DNA of 62,017 nucleotides, from the NCBI GenBank assembly GCA_043775985.1, contig JAYVRU010000320.1, positions 1 through 62,017 on the forward strand. The letters run 5' to 3'. The notes beneath the pieces are model-generated. The model was given only the letters and a program-made list of their open reading frames with translations, did not search any database and had not been told where the DNA came from. Numbering within the stretch: position 1 is the stretch's first letter; each line of letters opens with the position of its first letter. Of this stretch, positions 1 through 10,100 are shown in pieces. The translations under genes and the position numbers were made by a program. The DNA is from Candidatus Kuenenia sp. GTDB lineage: Bacteria; Planctomycetota; Planctomycetia; Planctomycetales; Planctomycetaceae.

Positions 1-3000
1 AAAGTTTCCGCCAACCTGCTGCACAAACGGATTGCGGCTGAAGAGCAGTTCCACATCCATCTCGTAGAAATTGATCTGCACAGTTTCGAGGTTGCGGTAA
101 CTCAGGTTGATCTTCTTCGCTTCCACCGTGAAGTCCAGGCTCGGTTCTGTTGCGGCAAGTTGCCCCTGCTGCTGTTCGCGATTTTCCAGATCGATCGCGG
201 CGGCACTCTTGCCGGAAGCTTCATCCAGTTGCGCGGTGATCACAGCAAACGTGTTGTGCCAGCGGTCTACCGGATGATCGGCGTATTTCACGGCAATCTC
301 TCGGGCGGCTTCGGGTTCATCCGAGAAAAAATTTACATAGGCGGCACAGTAATCGTACTGCATCTTCTCGGTGATGTTGTCGCGGTTGACTTTGGAAAAT
401 GTGGCCAGGGCTTCTTCGATGCGGTCCTGCAGGAACAGGTAATATGTCACGGCCAGTAGCTCTTCGTCCAGAAGCGTCCGTTCGTAGGCCAGTTCCTTCA
501 TGAAGCGATGGTACTGCCACAGCAGTCGCTCATTCACGATCTCTCGGCGTTTTCCCAAGCTGTGAGCCCTGGCGTTGACGAGCGGCTTGTACTCAAGGTG
601 TTCCATCGTTCGCCGATGCACGGGATTGATCGTCAGCAGTGAACTCCTGAGTCGCCCTCCTGCTTCGTTGACGATGTTGTCGGCATGCTGCAGGAATTCA
701 TTCGCAGCGGCCGTTTCGTTGTGGAGCAGCGCGTAGGACCACAACGTGTTTTGGTAGATGTGGCGAGCCGCGAGCAGCGGCAGAACAGTTTCCAGAACCG
801 CTTTGTCGTGCATCCGCCAGGCAATCCGGTCCAGATTCACTGCGTTGATGTTGTGCGTGTTCAAAAACGCGACAACGTCATCCAGAGTGCCGTATTGTGA
901 AACATAATCCCACGATTCCTTGTCGACTTTCGTCAGCCGGTCAACGACCGTTAGTGTCACTGGCTCGGCGGCGGCGATCAGTTTTTCGTTCTTTGCCACA
1001 TGGACCGGGAAGTGCGGAAACTGGCCCGCGGCGGGGAAGTAGAAGTGATATTCGACCGTCTGCGTGTGATAGGGCTCCAGATCGAGATGCAGAGTCTTCG
1101 TCGTCTGGCTGTTGAGAACTGGCAGGGCTCCGCGAGGAATCTGGACGAGCACATTCAGTTTCTGGCGTGACGACGTTGGGTTCGTGATGACCACCTGACA
1201 GCCGTAGACCGTGTGAATCAGGAATTCCTCGCTGACAAATTTGTCGACGGTTTCGCCGTTCTCAATCCGCTGACGATCACCATGCCGGAAGAAATTCTGG
1301 CTCACAAGCACCTTGGCCGCTCTGTCGGGCGCTACCGCTGGTTCAATTTCTTCGTGGAAGACAACGATCGGTCCGCCGGGTGTCAGCGTCATTTGAGTGC
1401 CATCGAATTTCGTTTCATGCTTTGGAGCTGCAAACGGCAGATCCAGGACGGCAAGCGCCAGCAGCATTTCGGGGAAGTTGCGAGAGGCTTCGGCCAGATT
1501 CCGCGACAGAAACGGCGTCTGCGGATCGTGCGCGGCAAAGTCTTTCCAAAACGCATTCACGGTGATCAGCTCGGCATTCTGCTGGTCGATCGTGAGATGG
1601 TGATAGTTGTTCTCGGCCCATTCCCATGTTTTGTCGAGCTTGCGATAGAGCATGCGAACAGATTCACGCTCACCGGATACGTCGGCAAAGAAATCCACGG
1701 ACTTCTCCAGCATCATCAACGATTCGTCGGAGCTGGAATCGGACTTTGCTCGATCGGCAGAATAGCGGTGAATCTGAGGGAGTCTTCCAAGTGACATCGC
1801 CCCCGATTTTTTCTTGTCGAATTCTGCCAATTGTTGTTTTACTTCTTCCTGACGTATTCTTCCCCCCATTGCTCCACCAGGTACCCCGGCCGCAGCTGCG
1901 GCCTCAGGCATGGGAGCGTCGAACGCCACAACTCCATCGGTGATTCTGATGTCTCGCAGGCGGACCGCCTCCATGGCATCTTTCAGTCCGAGCGCGTCAC
2001 CGGTCTCCAATGCACTCCGTTGAGACGCAGTGTCGAACAGGCGAATTAACCGGTCAACATCCGGCGGCAGCAGAGCCAGCAGATCAGCGACATGGCGAGC
2101 TGTCTTTGGACGTTCGCCGTCAATCCGACGCGCCAGCAGAATTCGTTCGACGATATTCAGCTGCCCGAACTTCCACGGCTGCACAAAGCCGGAAAGATCA
2201 TCCTTCAGCAGGTAATGATCCAGAAACGTCTTGTCCTTCTTGTTGGCAAGGTAAGGCTTGATCACCGCTACAAAGAACTCGGGGTCTTTCTGGGCAATGA
2301 AGAAACTCAATTCGTGGCTGGCATACTTGGAATACTGCGCGCGTTTTTCTTCAGGCTTCAATTTCGGCCAGTTGAGAAGAAACTCAAATTCCGCCAGCTT
2401 CGCATCCTTGTTGAGCGTCGCATACAGACCGTAAACGCGCGCCAGACTGTCATAGGCTTCGAACTTCGCCGTCGTGATGTCGCCGAGCGTGAAGGCCTGG
2501 CCTCCGGGCACAATACTGATCTGCTTTTGTCGCGTGAAATGAGCTGTGGGATGAAGGCCCGCGATCAGCCGCAGGTCGATAAAGGTCGGCATCGGCTCCG
2601 GCAGCGTGAGACTGCGATAGGTCGTATTGAGCGGATCAACGGCGACGACATGGATGTCCTGCTGCAATCCAAAGGCGTCCCGGTCCACTTCCACGACGCC
2701 GTTTTCGTCGGGAATCAGATTCATCAGCACGGCAGACGCAGACGCCAGGAAATCCAGGTCGGCGAAATTTTCTCCAATTCCGGCGGCGGCTCCGGCTTCT
2801 GCTGCGAGTCGACTAGCGTCGCCTGCGGCCATTTCTCCTTTGGGAGCGAAATCTTCGCCAGCAGCGGCAACTTGTTCACCTGTTTCCGTTTCGCGCACAG
2901 CCCACGGATTGAGCAGCAGCGACGGTCGTTCCAGCATGTTGCCGTAGAACTTGTTCGCATAGCGACGATCAATGATGTAGCGGTATTCATCGCCGATGTT

Positions 3001-5949
3001 ACGGCCTGTCAGATACACCGACTGCGCGGGGCTGAACTGATAAAGATACGGCTCCACATCCCGCACGCGGCTCAAATGACCATAGGCATCATATTCCGAA
3101 ACATATCGCGTCGCAAAAATGTGGACGCGGGCAAATTGTGAAATGTTCCGCAGCTGGATTTTCACCTTTGCGTCTGCGACCGTGATCGATTCGATCTGCA
3201 GCGGCTTGAGCGGCTTTGTTTCCAATTGCCGCTGTCTGCCAACGACAAAGCGTTCGAGCTGTTGGCCATCGGAAACACGCAGCGTAATCTTTGTGCCTGG
3301 CGACTTGAGTAGCAGGTCATAATCGCCAGCCGGAAGCTTTTCAATGACGAGCAGTCCGTTTTTGATCGCCAGATTTTTAAACCGATCAATGCCGTAAGAG
3401 CCACCGCTGAGTTCCAGCAGCGACAACTCGCTGCGAGTCGGTTCCTGATCTTTGCCAAGATACGGCAGCGTGATCGAGTTGCCGACTTTGGCATGCACGG
3501 TTTGCGAATACGTGTGCCGATCGCCCAGCAGCGTCCAGACGTGGCTCGTTCCTTCAGGACCGCTGGCCGTCAGCGTGGCAATGCCGTCCAGTGTGCCAAG
3601 CGCAATTCGGCCTTTGGGATTCGTCTTCAGCACAGTACCGATCGCGTCCCGAAAATCGCGATGTTTGAAGCTGAATGAGACTGGCCGTGAGCCTTTCGGT
3701 TCGCCCGTGCGGCCGCGAACTTCCAGCACATAGTTGCCATCGGCCCGCAGCAAATGCAGGTCATCCACTTTTTCGGTACGGTCGATGCCGTTGAGCGTGA
3801 AAGTTTGCTCGGCGGCGACATCCGTCTTGACGCCGGTAATCACCTGTTTGATCTTCGCCGTGAGCCGGAACGTCAGTGAAGTGAGCCGCTGCGGGACCTG
3901 GAATTCATGAACGGATTCCCGATCTTCAAACAGTTTAAAATCCGCCACATCGACTGATGACGCCACGCCGTCCAGATCGGTAGACGAAATCGTCAGCTTG
4001 ACTTCTTCCAGGAGCTTCAGTGACACGGGCGTGCCATTGACGAATAAGCCCGGACGAATCAGCAGGTCCGCCGTCTTGCGAGTCAGCAGTGCTTCCCGAT
4101 CGACATAAAATCCCGCCGTGAACTGATAGCCTTCTGGTTCGTGCTGAAAGAATCCCAGCGACGAATACGTGGCTCCATCGCCGCCAGGCGCTGGCGCTGT
4201 GATCACGATCGGCTGACGACCGGGACTAGAGCTGAACGGGACCGCAATCTGACCATCTTCGCTGGCAGCGTACTCATGGCCGGCCAGCCAAATCGAGGCG
4301 TTCTTGACCTGCTGTCCCTGCTCATCCAGGATCGTGAACGACTGCCCGGCGGGGGTTGTACGGACGAGATGCTTTAAATGTCCCTTGCGGATCAAAGCCC
4401 GGCTGCTTTGGCCGTTGCCGATAAAGTCGACGACATAAATTCCGGGTTTGTTGAGCATCGGAAACTCAAAGTGGCGTGCCACTCGACGGAGCGGAGGATC
4501 GTCGAATTGATGCGACTGTTCTACGTTCGCCACCAGACCGTCAAGATTGATGTCGGTATCGACCTCCAAGCCGTTTTGACGGTAGAAGCTCTTCCCGTTG
4601 ATCTCGAACACTTTGACGATCAGCGTCGAAACGTTCTTCACGTGCAGGTCGAGGCTCACTGGTGCTTCCGCAGCGAACTGCGTTTTGTTGGCCGGATCGA
4701 AATCGAGATCCACTCGGTCTTTCAGCTGACGAAACAACTCCGGCGGCAGCTGCGACGCCCACTGTTCTGGTTCGCCCAAGCCATTGACAATCTTCGTCTC
4801 AGCGAACAGATGTTTCAGGTAAATGTCGTTGACGTACGGCTCAAATTCTTTGGTGTTTCCGACATCGACGAAGAAATGAGCCAGGCACGACCGGATGAGC
4901 AGTTCATCATTCCCGATGACAGGCAGCAGCGTTGTGCCGTCATAGTTCGAGTTCAGATCGCAGGCAAAGAGCCTGATCGCTTCAGATTCCTGCATCGCTT
5001 TGGACAGGTATCCCACCGGCCGTGGCAGCTTCAGATACGCCAGCAGCAATTCTTTGGTGTACTTGCCCCGACTGCGCTCCAGCAACAGACGGTTATACAG
5101 GACATGCGCCTTCAGCGAGTTATGAACTGGATCCAGCCTGTCGGCGAACGCCTGCAGCCGTTCCAGATATTTCTGTAACTCATCAGCATCGTGTCGCCAG
5201 TCCACATCCGGGCCGGGTTGCAGTTTGGTCAGGTACGCGCGCACAAAAAGCTGCTGGTTCAGCAGGTCCGGTTTCGCCTTCAATGCGTCATCCAGCTGCG
5301 AATTCAGCAACTGACGATGGATGCCATGCGATCCAAAACCGCCGGAGTTTTCATGATTCAAATCGTCGATCACCAGTTTGACCAGGGAGTCATAATCCGG
5401 GCGAGTCAACCGTGCCAACAATTGCCGCCGCTGCTCCGGATCGAGTCCGCCAGCAATGAGCCAGTCAAGGGCCGTGTCTTCGAAGCCGTTCAGTGAGTTG
5501 GCATGGATGGCCAGGGCCTGCTGCTGGAAGGTTGCGCGGGAGACGACATTTGGATCCAGCGTCGTCGGCAGATTCGGCTCGGCGTTGAGCTCTTCCTTTT
5601 GATGCGGAAACTGGATGCCGAAACGACCACGCAGGTAGTCGAGCGATGCCTGTTGATTCCGGTCATACGTCAAAATCGCCCGGCGCGTGCGAATTTCCCA
5701 GACTCGCTGCGTCTCACCAAACCGCTGCACCCACGGAGCAAGCAGCCCTTCGACTTTCTCAAACTGTTCCGTATTCAGCAGATGCAGGCAATTCCAGTAG
5801 TAATAATCTTCCGTCCCCGGAATCAGTTGCTTGAGAGCCACCTCCCGGTCAGGAGACAGGGCAAACGTCTCAACAAACTCAATATCCCCGCCCAAACTCG
5901 CGGCGATCCCCTGAACCAACATGATTCCGTACAACATAAGACGTTTCAT
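1..5949 (-). CDS. Very large secreted hypothetical protein, C-terminus cut by the window edge (1983 codons inside the window)
   Basis: Absent from the supplied ORF track because it has no stop inside the window. The minus frame with codon ends at 3n is open from the stop at 6034-6036 down to base 1, and no minus ORF of that frame is listed in 1-6033. The first ATG is the complement of 5947-5949, with GGGAG 8 nt upstream. My manual translation starts MKRLMLYGIMLVQGIAASLGG (signal-like), continues ...DIEFVETFALSPDREVALKQLIPGTEDYYYWNCLHLLN..., and ends ...FVQQVGGNF at base 1. The long + ORFs listed here (1213-1794, 2092-3141, 4378-5178, 5503-6108) are Arg/Gln-rich antisense shadows. Confidence 0.8.
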   Translation of the reverse strand, partial: MKRLMLYGIMLVQGIAASLGGDIEFVETFALSPDREVALKQLIPGTEDYYYWNCLHLLNTEQFEKVEGLLAPWVQRFGETQRVWEIRTRRAILTYDRNQQASLDYLRGRFGIQFPHQKEELNAEPNLPTTLDPNVVSRATFQQQALAIHANSLNGFEDTALDWLIAGGLDPEQRRQLLARLTRPDYDSLVKLVIDDLNHENSGGFGSHGIHRQLLNSQLDDALKAKPDLLNQQLFVRAYLTKLQPGPDVDWRHDADELQKYLERLQAFADRLDPVHNSLKAHVLYNRLLLERSRGKYTKELLLAYLKLPRPVGYLSKAMQESEAIRLFACDLNSNYDGTTLLPVIGNDELLIRSCLAHFFVDVGNTKEFEPYVNDIYLKHLFAETKIVNGLGEPEQWASQLPPELFRQLKDRVDLDFDPANKTQFAAEAPVSLDLHVKNVSTLIVKVFEINGKSFYRQNGLEVDTDINLDGLVANVEQSHQFDDPPLRRVARHFEFPMLNKPGIYVVDFIGNGQSSRALIRKGHLKHLVRTTPAGQSFTILDEQGQQVKNASIWLAGHEYAASEDGQIAVPFSSSPGRQPIVITAPAPGGDGATYSSLGFFQHEPEGYQFTAGFYVDREALLTRKTADLLIRPGLFVNGTPVSLKLLEEVKLTISSTDLDGVASSVDVADFKLFEDRESVHEFQVPQRLTSLTFRLTAKIKQVITGVKTDVAAEQTFTLNGIDRTEKVDDLHLLRADGNYVLEVRGRTGEPKGSRPVSFSFKHRDFRDAIGTVLKTNPKGRIALGTLDGIATLTASGPEGTSHVWTLLGDRHTYSQTVHAKVGNSITLPYLGKDQEPTRSELSLLELSGGSYGIDRFKNLAIKNGLLVIEKLPAGDYDLLLKSPGTKITLRVSDGQQLERFVVGRQRQLETKPLKPLQIESITVADAKVKIQLRNISQFARVHIFATRYVSEYDAYGHLSRVRDVEPYLYQFSPAQSVYLTGRNIGDEYRYIIDRRYANKFYGNMLERPSLLLNPWAVRETETGEQVAAAGEDFAPKGEMAAGDASRLAAEAGAAAGIGENFADLDFLASASAVLMNLIPDENGVVEVDRDAFGLQQDIHVVAVDPLNTTYRSLTLPEPMPTFIDLRLIAGLHPTAHFTRQKQISIVPGGQAFTLGDITTAKFEAYDSLARVYGLYATLNKDAKLAEFEFLLNWPKLKPEEKRAQYSKYASHELSFFIAQKDPEFFVAVIKPYLANKKDKTFLDHYLLKDDLSGFVQPWKFGQLNIVERILLARRIDGERPKTARHVADLLALLPPDVDRLIRLFDTASQRSALETGDALGLKDAMEAVRLRDIRITDGVVAFDAPMPEAAAAAGVPGGAMGGRIRQEEVKQQLAEFDKKKSGAMSLGRLPQIHRYSADRAKSDSSSDESLMMLEKSVDFFADVSGERESVRMLYRKLDKTWEWAENNYHHLTIDQQNAELITVNAFWKDFAAHDPQTPFLSRNLAEASRNFPEMLLALAVLDLPFAAPKHETKFDGTQMTLTPGGPIVVFHEEIEPAVAPDRAAKVLVSQNFFRHGDRQRIENGETVDKFVSEEFLIHTVYGCQVVITNPTSSRQKLNVLVQIPRGALPVLNSQTTKTLHLDLEPYHTQTVEYHFYFPAAGQFPHFPVHVAKNEKLIAAAEPVTLTVVDRLTKVDKESWDYVSQYGTLDDVVAFLNTHNINAVNLDRIAWRMHDKAVLETVLPLLAARHIYQNTLWSYALLHNETAAANEFLQHADNIVNEAGGRLRSSLLTINPVHRRTMEHLEYKPLVNARAHSLGKRREIVNERLLWQYHRFMKELAYERTLLDEELLAVTYYLFLQDRIEEALATFSKVNRDNITEKMQYDYCAAYVNFFSDEPEAAREIAVKYADHPVDRWHNTFAVITAQLDEASGKSAAAIDLENREQQQGQLAATEPSLDFTVEAKKINLSYRNLETVQINFYEMDVELLFSRNPFVQQVGGNF

Positions 5950-6337
5950 GGACCACTCCCAGGACGAATTCAGAACCCGACGACCGTATTTCCAAAAAAT
6001 AGACTCAGCCGCCCGCGAGCAGACGATGAAATCCTAGCCAAGCGCGAGCGGCATCAACTCTGCCTGTCGGGGAGCCCAGTTTCGGAAACAGGATTTCCAT
6101 GCGTCTGACCCTGCTGACGGACGATTGATAGATATACGCAACGGTGCTGCCAGCATACTGCTGCTTATGGGCAGAAAGAGCCGGATTCCCGCGGGATTCA
6201 TCCGGCACGTGGGCAAATAGACGGCCCGCAGAGTGGATTAGTTCCCGGTTTCCGCGAAACAGCCCACGAATTGAACCCGCAACCGGGGGATCGGTCCGTT
6301 CAATTCCCTTTAGTCGTCGAATTGCCGGAGGTCTCAC

Positions 6338-6655
6338 ATGCGCACAGTGCTGGTTGGTGGCTTGGCAGTGTTGATCGGAGTGCTGGTTTTACGCGCCGAT
6401 CTTTCTCCCGAAGTGGGTCCGATTTGCAGCCGATCTTCAACCGAGGTGACGGATGCGGGGCTGCAGCAGCTGGATTCACTTGAGGCATTGCGGGAACTCG
6501 TTCTGCAGGAAACAGTAGTGACGGAAGCTGGCCTGATGAAGCTGGCACCACTCAGCGGCCTTCGAACCCTGTATCTGTCAAAGTCGAAAGTAACCGCGAG
6601 AGGGATCACTGAATTACAAAAGGCATTGCCCACATGCAATATCACTCAAGTCTAA
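6338..6655 (+). CDS. Small leucine-rich-repeat (LRR) protein with hydrophobic N-terminus
   Basis: 105-aa ORF. The N-terminal hydrophobic stretch is VLVGGLAVLIGVLVL. It is followed by about three 24-aa L-rich repeats (TDAGLQQLDSLEALRELVLQETVVTEAGLMKLAPLSGLRTLYLSKSKVTARGITELQKALP). Confidence 0.6.
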   Translation: MRTVLVGGLAVLIGVLVLRADLSPEVGPICSRSSTEVTDAGLQQLDSLEALRELVLQETVVTEAGLMKLAPLSGLRTLYLSKSKVTARGITELQKALPTCNITQV

Positions 6656-6831
6656 ATCGAGTGACGACTCGCCCGAATTCCTGAACCGCTCGTCGGAACT
6701 CGAGGGCTGTGTTCGCCGTTACGTCCCAGACAGTGGCGACTACCGGGCTTCCGCGAATTCCGACGACTGGCACAATTGAAAACCCTGAATACTACAGCTC
6801 AACCCGGGACCAGTTGTCATGGTCAACATGA

Positions 6832-7160
6832 ATTCCGCTCGACAGCGAGATTGGCGTGTACCGCACCATCAATGCATCGCCCGGCTTGTATCGCATCCGT
6901 GCAGCCGGGGTGAAGCCGCTGATCTACATCGGACAAACCGGCAGGAGCCTGCGTGAACGAACCAGAGCCGTGGCAAAAGGAGTCTATCAGCAAAGGAAAA
7001 CAGCAGTCAACAAGTGAACATTTGGGCGATGCACTATTCCACCGTGAGCCAGACCCGCCAACGCACGGTTTCCCACTGTCGCTTACGCGTAGCCTGAGCC
7101 GCGACGAATCGCAAAATGGAAACGTATTCCGAGGTGCTCTACTTCGCGACAGACAGTAAC
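6832..7160 (+). pseudogene. Possible decayed GIY-YIG nuclease gene fragment
   Basis: The frame opening after the TGA at 6829-6831 has no start codon. It reads IPLDSEIGVYRTINASPGLYRIRAAGVKPLIYIGQTGRSLRERTRAVAKGVYQ...*. The G-LYRI...LIYIGQTGRSLRER string matches the GIY...YIG N-terminal motif pair. Downstream pieces continue in other frames (NIWAMHYSTVSQ; RKMETYSEVLYF), consistent with frameshifts. The 3' part is overrun by the convergent kinase gene end. Confidence 0.35.
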
Positions 7161-10100
7161 GCTTCCGCTTCTTTGCGAAGGCGGCGCATTTCGATCTGCT
7201 CGGTCCACGGTACGCCAGAATAATACTCCTGATACCAGTCATTTGCCTGCTTAAAATACGCGTCTGCCTGCTCTGATTTTTTAAGATGATGGCACGTCAT
7301 TGCCAGGAAGTAGAAATCCCAGGCACGCTGTTGAATTTTGGTGGAGTTCGTTCGGGATGCCTCGAACTGTTGTTCGACCTGCTCAAACTGTCCGGCGCGA
7401 AACAGAGTCGCTCCGACCAGTCTTGAATCCCAGTCAAAGGGGGCTGCTGCTTTTCGCGCCAACTGGATGAGTTGATCGTATGCGGTGACTGCGTCGGATC
7501 CGGGAGTCAGGGTGTAGAGGATTCGAGCAGCAATGATCGGATCTTCCGTGTCGCCAAAGCGGCGGAGCATTTCAGTACAAAGGTCCCGGTATCCGGGGAG
7601 GTTGTCAGCCGCCAGCTGGCACAGTGCCGCCTGATAGAGCCGGTCTGCCTGCGTCTGTGGTGAAGCGTCACTTTGCTCCGAGAGCATCCGCAGGGGTTCT
7701 GAAGCTTCTGTCCACTGCTCCAGATTGCGCAGACAGGTGGCCAGTAGCGGAAGCGTCAATACTACATCTGCGCCAAGTTCCTGGGCGCGACGAACGTCAT
7801 CCAACGCCGTTTTCCAGGACTGCGCGGCCGCACGTTGTCGTGCACGGAACAGAATCAGACGCCAGTTACTGATACCTGGCGACACCATTTCGTTCAGAAT
7901 ATCCGTATTGATCCATGTTGTCTGTGTCAGCCCATTCTCATCGATCGGCACAGACTGTGTCAGGCCATGTTCGAACGCACTCTCGAGGAATCGGCCTGCT
8001 TCAGTCTTCTCTCTGACTTTGGCGAACGCATTGGCACATTCATTCATGATGAGCGGAATGGCACACCCCATGCCGATTGCCCGTTTCAGGGCGGCTGCTT
8101 CTTCGGAGTATTGTTCCGCCTGATAATGCCGACGCGCCTCGCCAAGGAGTTTGCCCCAGGGAGTCATGATCTCAGCCGCTTCCAGACCGGCATCGAGGGC
8201 GTAGAGGTTGCCGTAAGCCGTCTCAAATATCGACGCGGAGTTCACTCGCAGAAATGCGGTTTCAACCCGTTCGAACGCCGACTGCGCTTCTGCAACGCGT
8301 CCGAGCTGGTAAAGAGCCATTGCCTGAAAGGCAATGGAAACATCTGAGAGGTTTTTTGCAGCAGGGTTATCCGGATTGAAATTTGCCATGATCAGACGTT
8401 CGCTCTCTCGGAGCGTCTGCAGTGACTTCTCGAAATGGCCTGCGCGATATTGAGATACGCCAAGTGTATTCAGTTGGTACGGCTGATATTGCACTTTACC
8501 ATCATCCAACGTGTAACTTGATCGGAAACTGTTCGAGGAATCAAGTCGCATGGCTTCCGCCGCGTAACGCAGTGCTCTGGCGACTTGAGCGGGATCAGTA
8601 CTGCTGTGGAGCGGGCGAACAATGTTCCAGGCGGCGTCATTCAAATGTATCGCAGTGGGTTGCACTTGTGCGGCAATCCCCAGTGCTTGCTCGCGTACCA
8701 AGGGGCGCAGTCCTTCGTTTTCCTGAATGGCCTGTACAATTTCCTCCCGAAGCAACAGCGTACGTCCCAACTGTTTAACCAAATCGAAGGCCTCATACTC
8801 GGCCATTCGCCGGTCAACCTTCTGCGTCGTGGCTTTGTGCCAAAAGTGAATCCGTCCGTCACTCTGCCCGGAAATCAGAGTTTCACCATCGGGTGTGAAG
8901 GCGACTGCGACAACGGGTACGCTGCCGGCAGAAAATGTTGCCCGCTCAATACTGGTCGGCAAATCCCAGATCTTCACGGTGCCATCTTCACTGGCCGATG
9001 CGAGCGTGAGCCCATCAGCCGAAAACGCGAGGTCATATATGTCCTGCGAGTGTCCCTCGAACTTAGAGAGTGTCTGACCACTGTCGCGGTCGATCAGCCT
9101 GATATTTGCACCGTCCGCATAGACAAGTGTCTTGCCATCGGGAGAAAAATCGAGATCACAACAGGTCCCGACGTCGATCGATTTTTTCTCTGCCAGGCTC
9201 GCCAGGTCCCAGATCTTGATGGTCGAATTGTCGTCGATTGAAGCCAGCGTCTTACCGTCGGGGGAAAAATAGACGTCGTCGACATCGGAATTATGACCTC
9301 GCAGTGTCGCCTTTACTGCTCCACTTGCTGTGTCAAGCAGCAGGATCTGGCTGTCTGATCCTGCAGCAAGCGTTTGCCCGTCCGGGGAAGCGGCAAGGTC
9401 CCAGATCGAATCTGAATCCATATGGATACTTGTTCCGAGTTGTTTTCCGTCGGTCATACTCCAAAAATGAATTGATCCATTGGATTCGCCTGCAAAGGAA
9501 AATGACTTTCCGTCGGGCAACATCGCATAGGCAGGCCAAGCGCTTGGCCGATTCGGTATCTCAGCCAGTATTTCCATCTGGTCCACGTCCCAAAGTCGAG
9601 CGGGGCCGCGCTGATTGGCAGCTAAGAGTTTGTGGCCATCCCCGGAGATCATGAAACCATAGAGTTGGGTCTCGTGGAGTGATTCAACACCGCTCGTGGT
9701 TTGTGTATACTCCACTGGATTGAGGATTTCACATGGAGTAACCAGCCGTTCCGTTTCCCAGAGTCTGATGGTGCCATCAGAGCCCGCGGAGGCTAGATTG
9801 CTACCGTCAGGTGAAAAGGTGACGTGATTCACTCCACCAGCGTGCCCGCGAAGGATGGTTTGCTCTCTGCCCGCCACCACGTTCCACAATCGGACCGTGG
9901 AGTCATCGCTGGCGGAAGCGAGCCACTGACTATCGGGGGAAAAGGCAATCGAATTCACGTCCGCCACGTGTCCACGTAGCAAGAAATGATCTTCGCCGGT
10001 CGTCGCATCCCAAAGCCAGACAGACCGATCGACACCGCATGAAGCCAGTCGCTTGCCATCCGGAGAAAACACCAGATCGTTAATCTTCCCGGTATGTTTT

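Noticed and set aside
1213-6108. Long plus-strand ORFs in the first 6 kb (1213-1794, 2092-3141, 4378-5178, 5503-6108).
   Set aside because: They lie antisense to a single uninterrupted 5.9-kb minus-strand frame. Their translations are Arg/Gln/Leu-rich with no motifs. They are typical shadow ORFs of a GC-biased gene.
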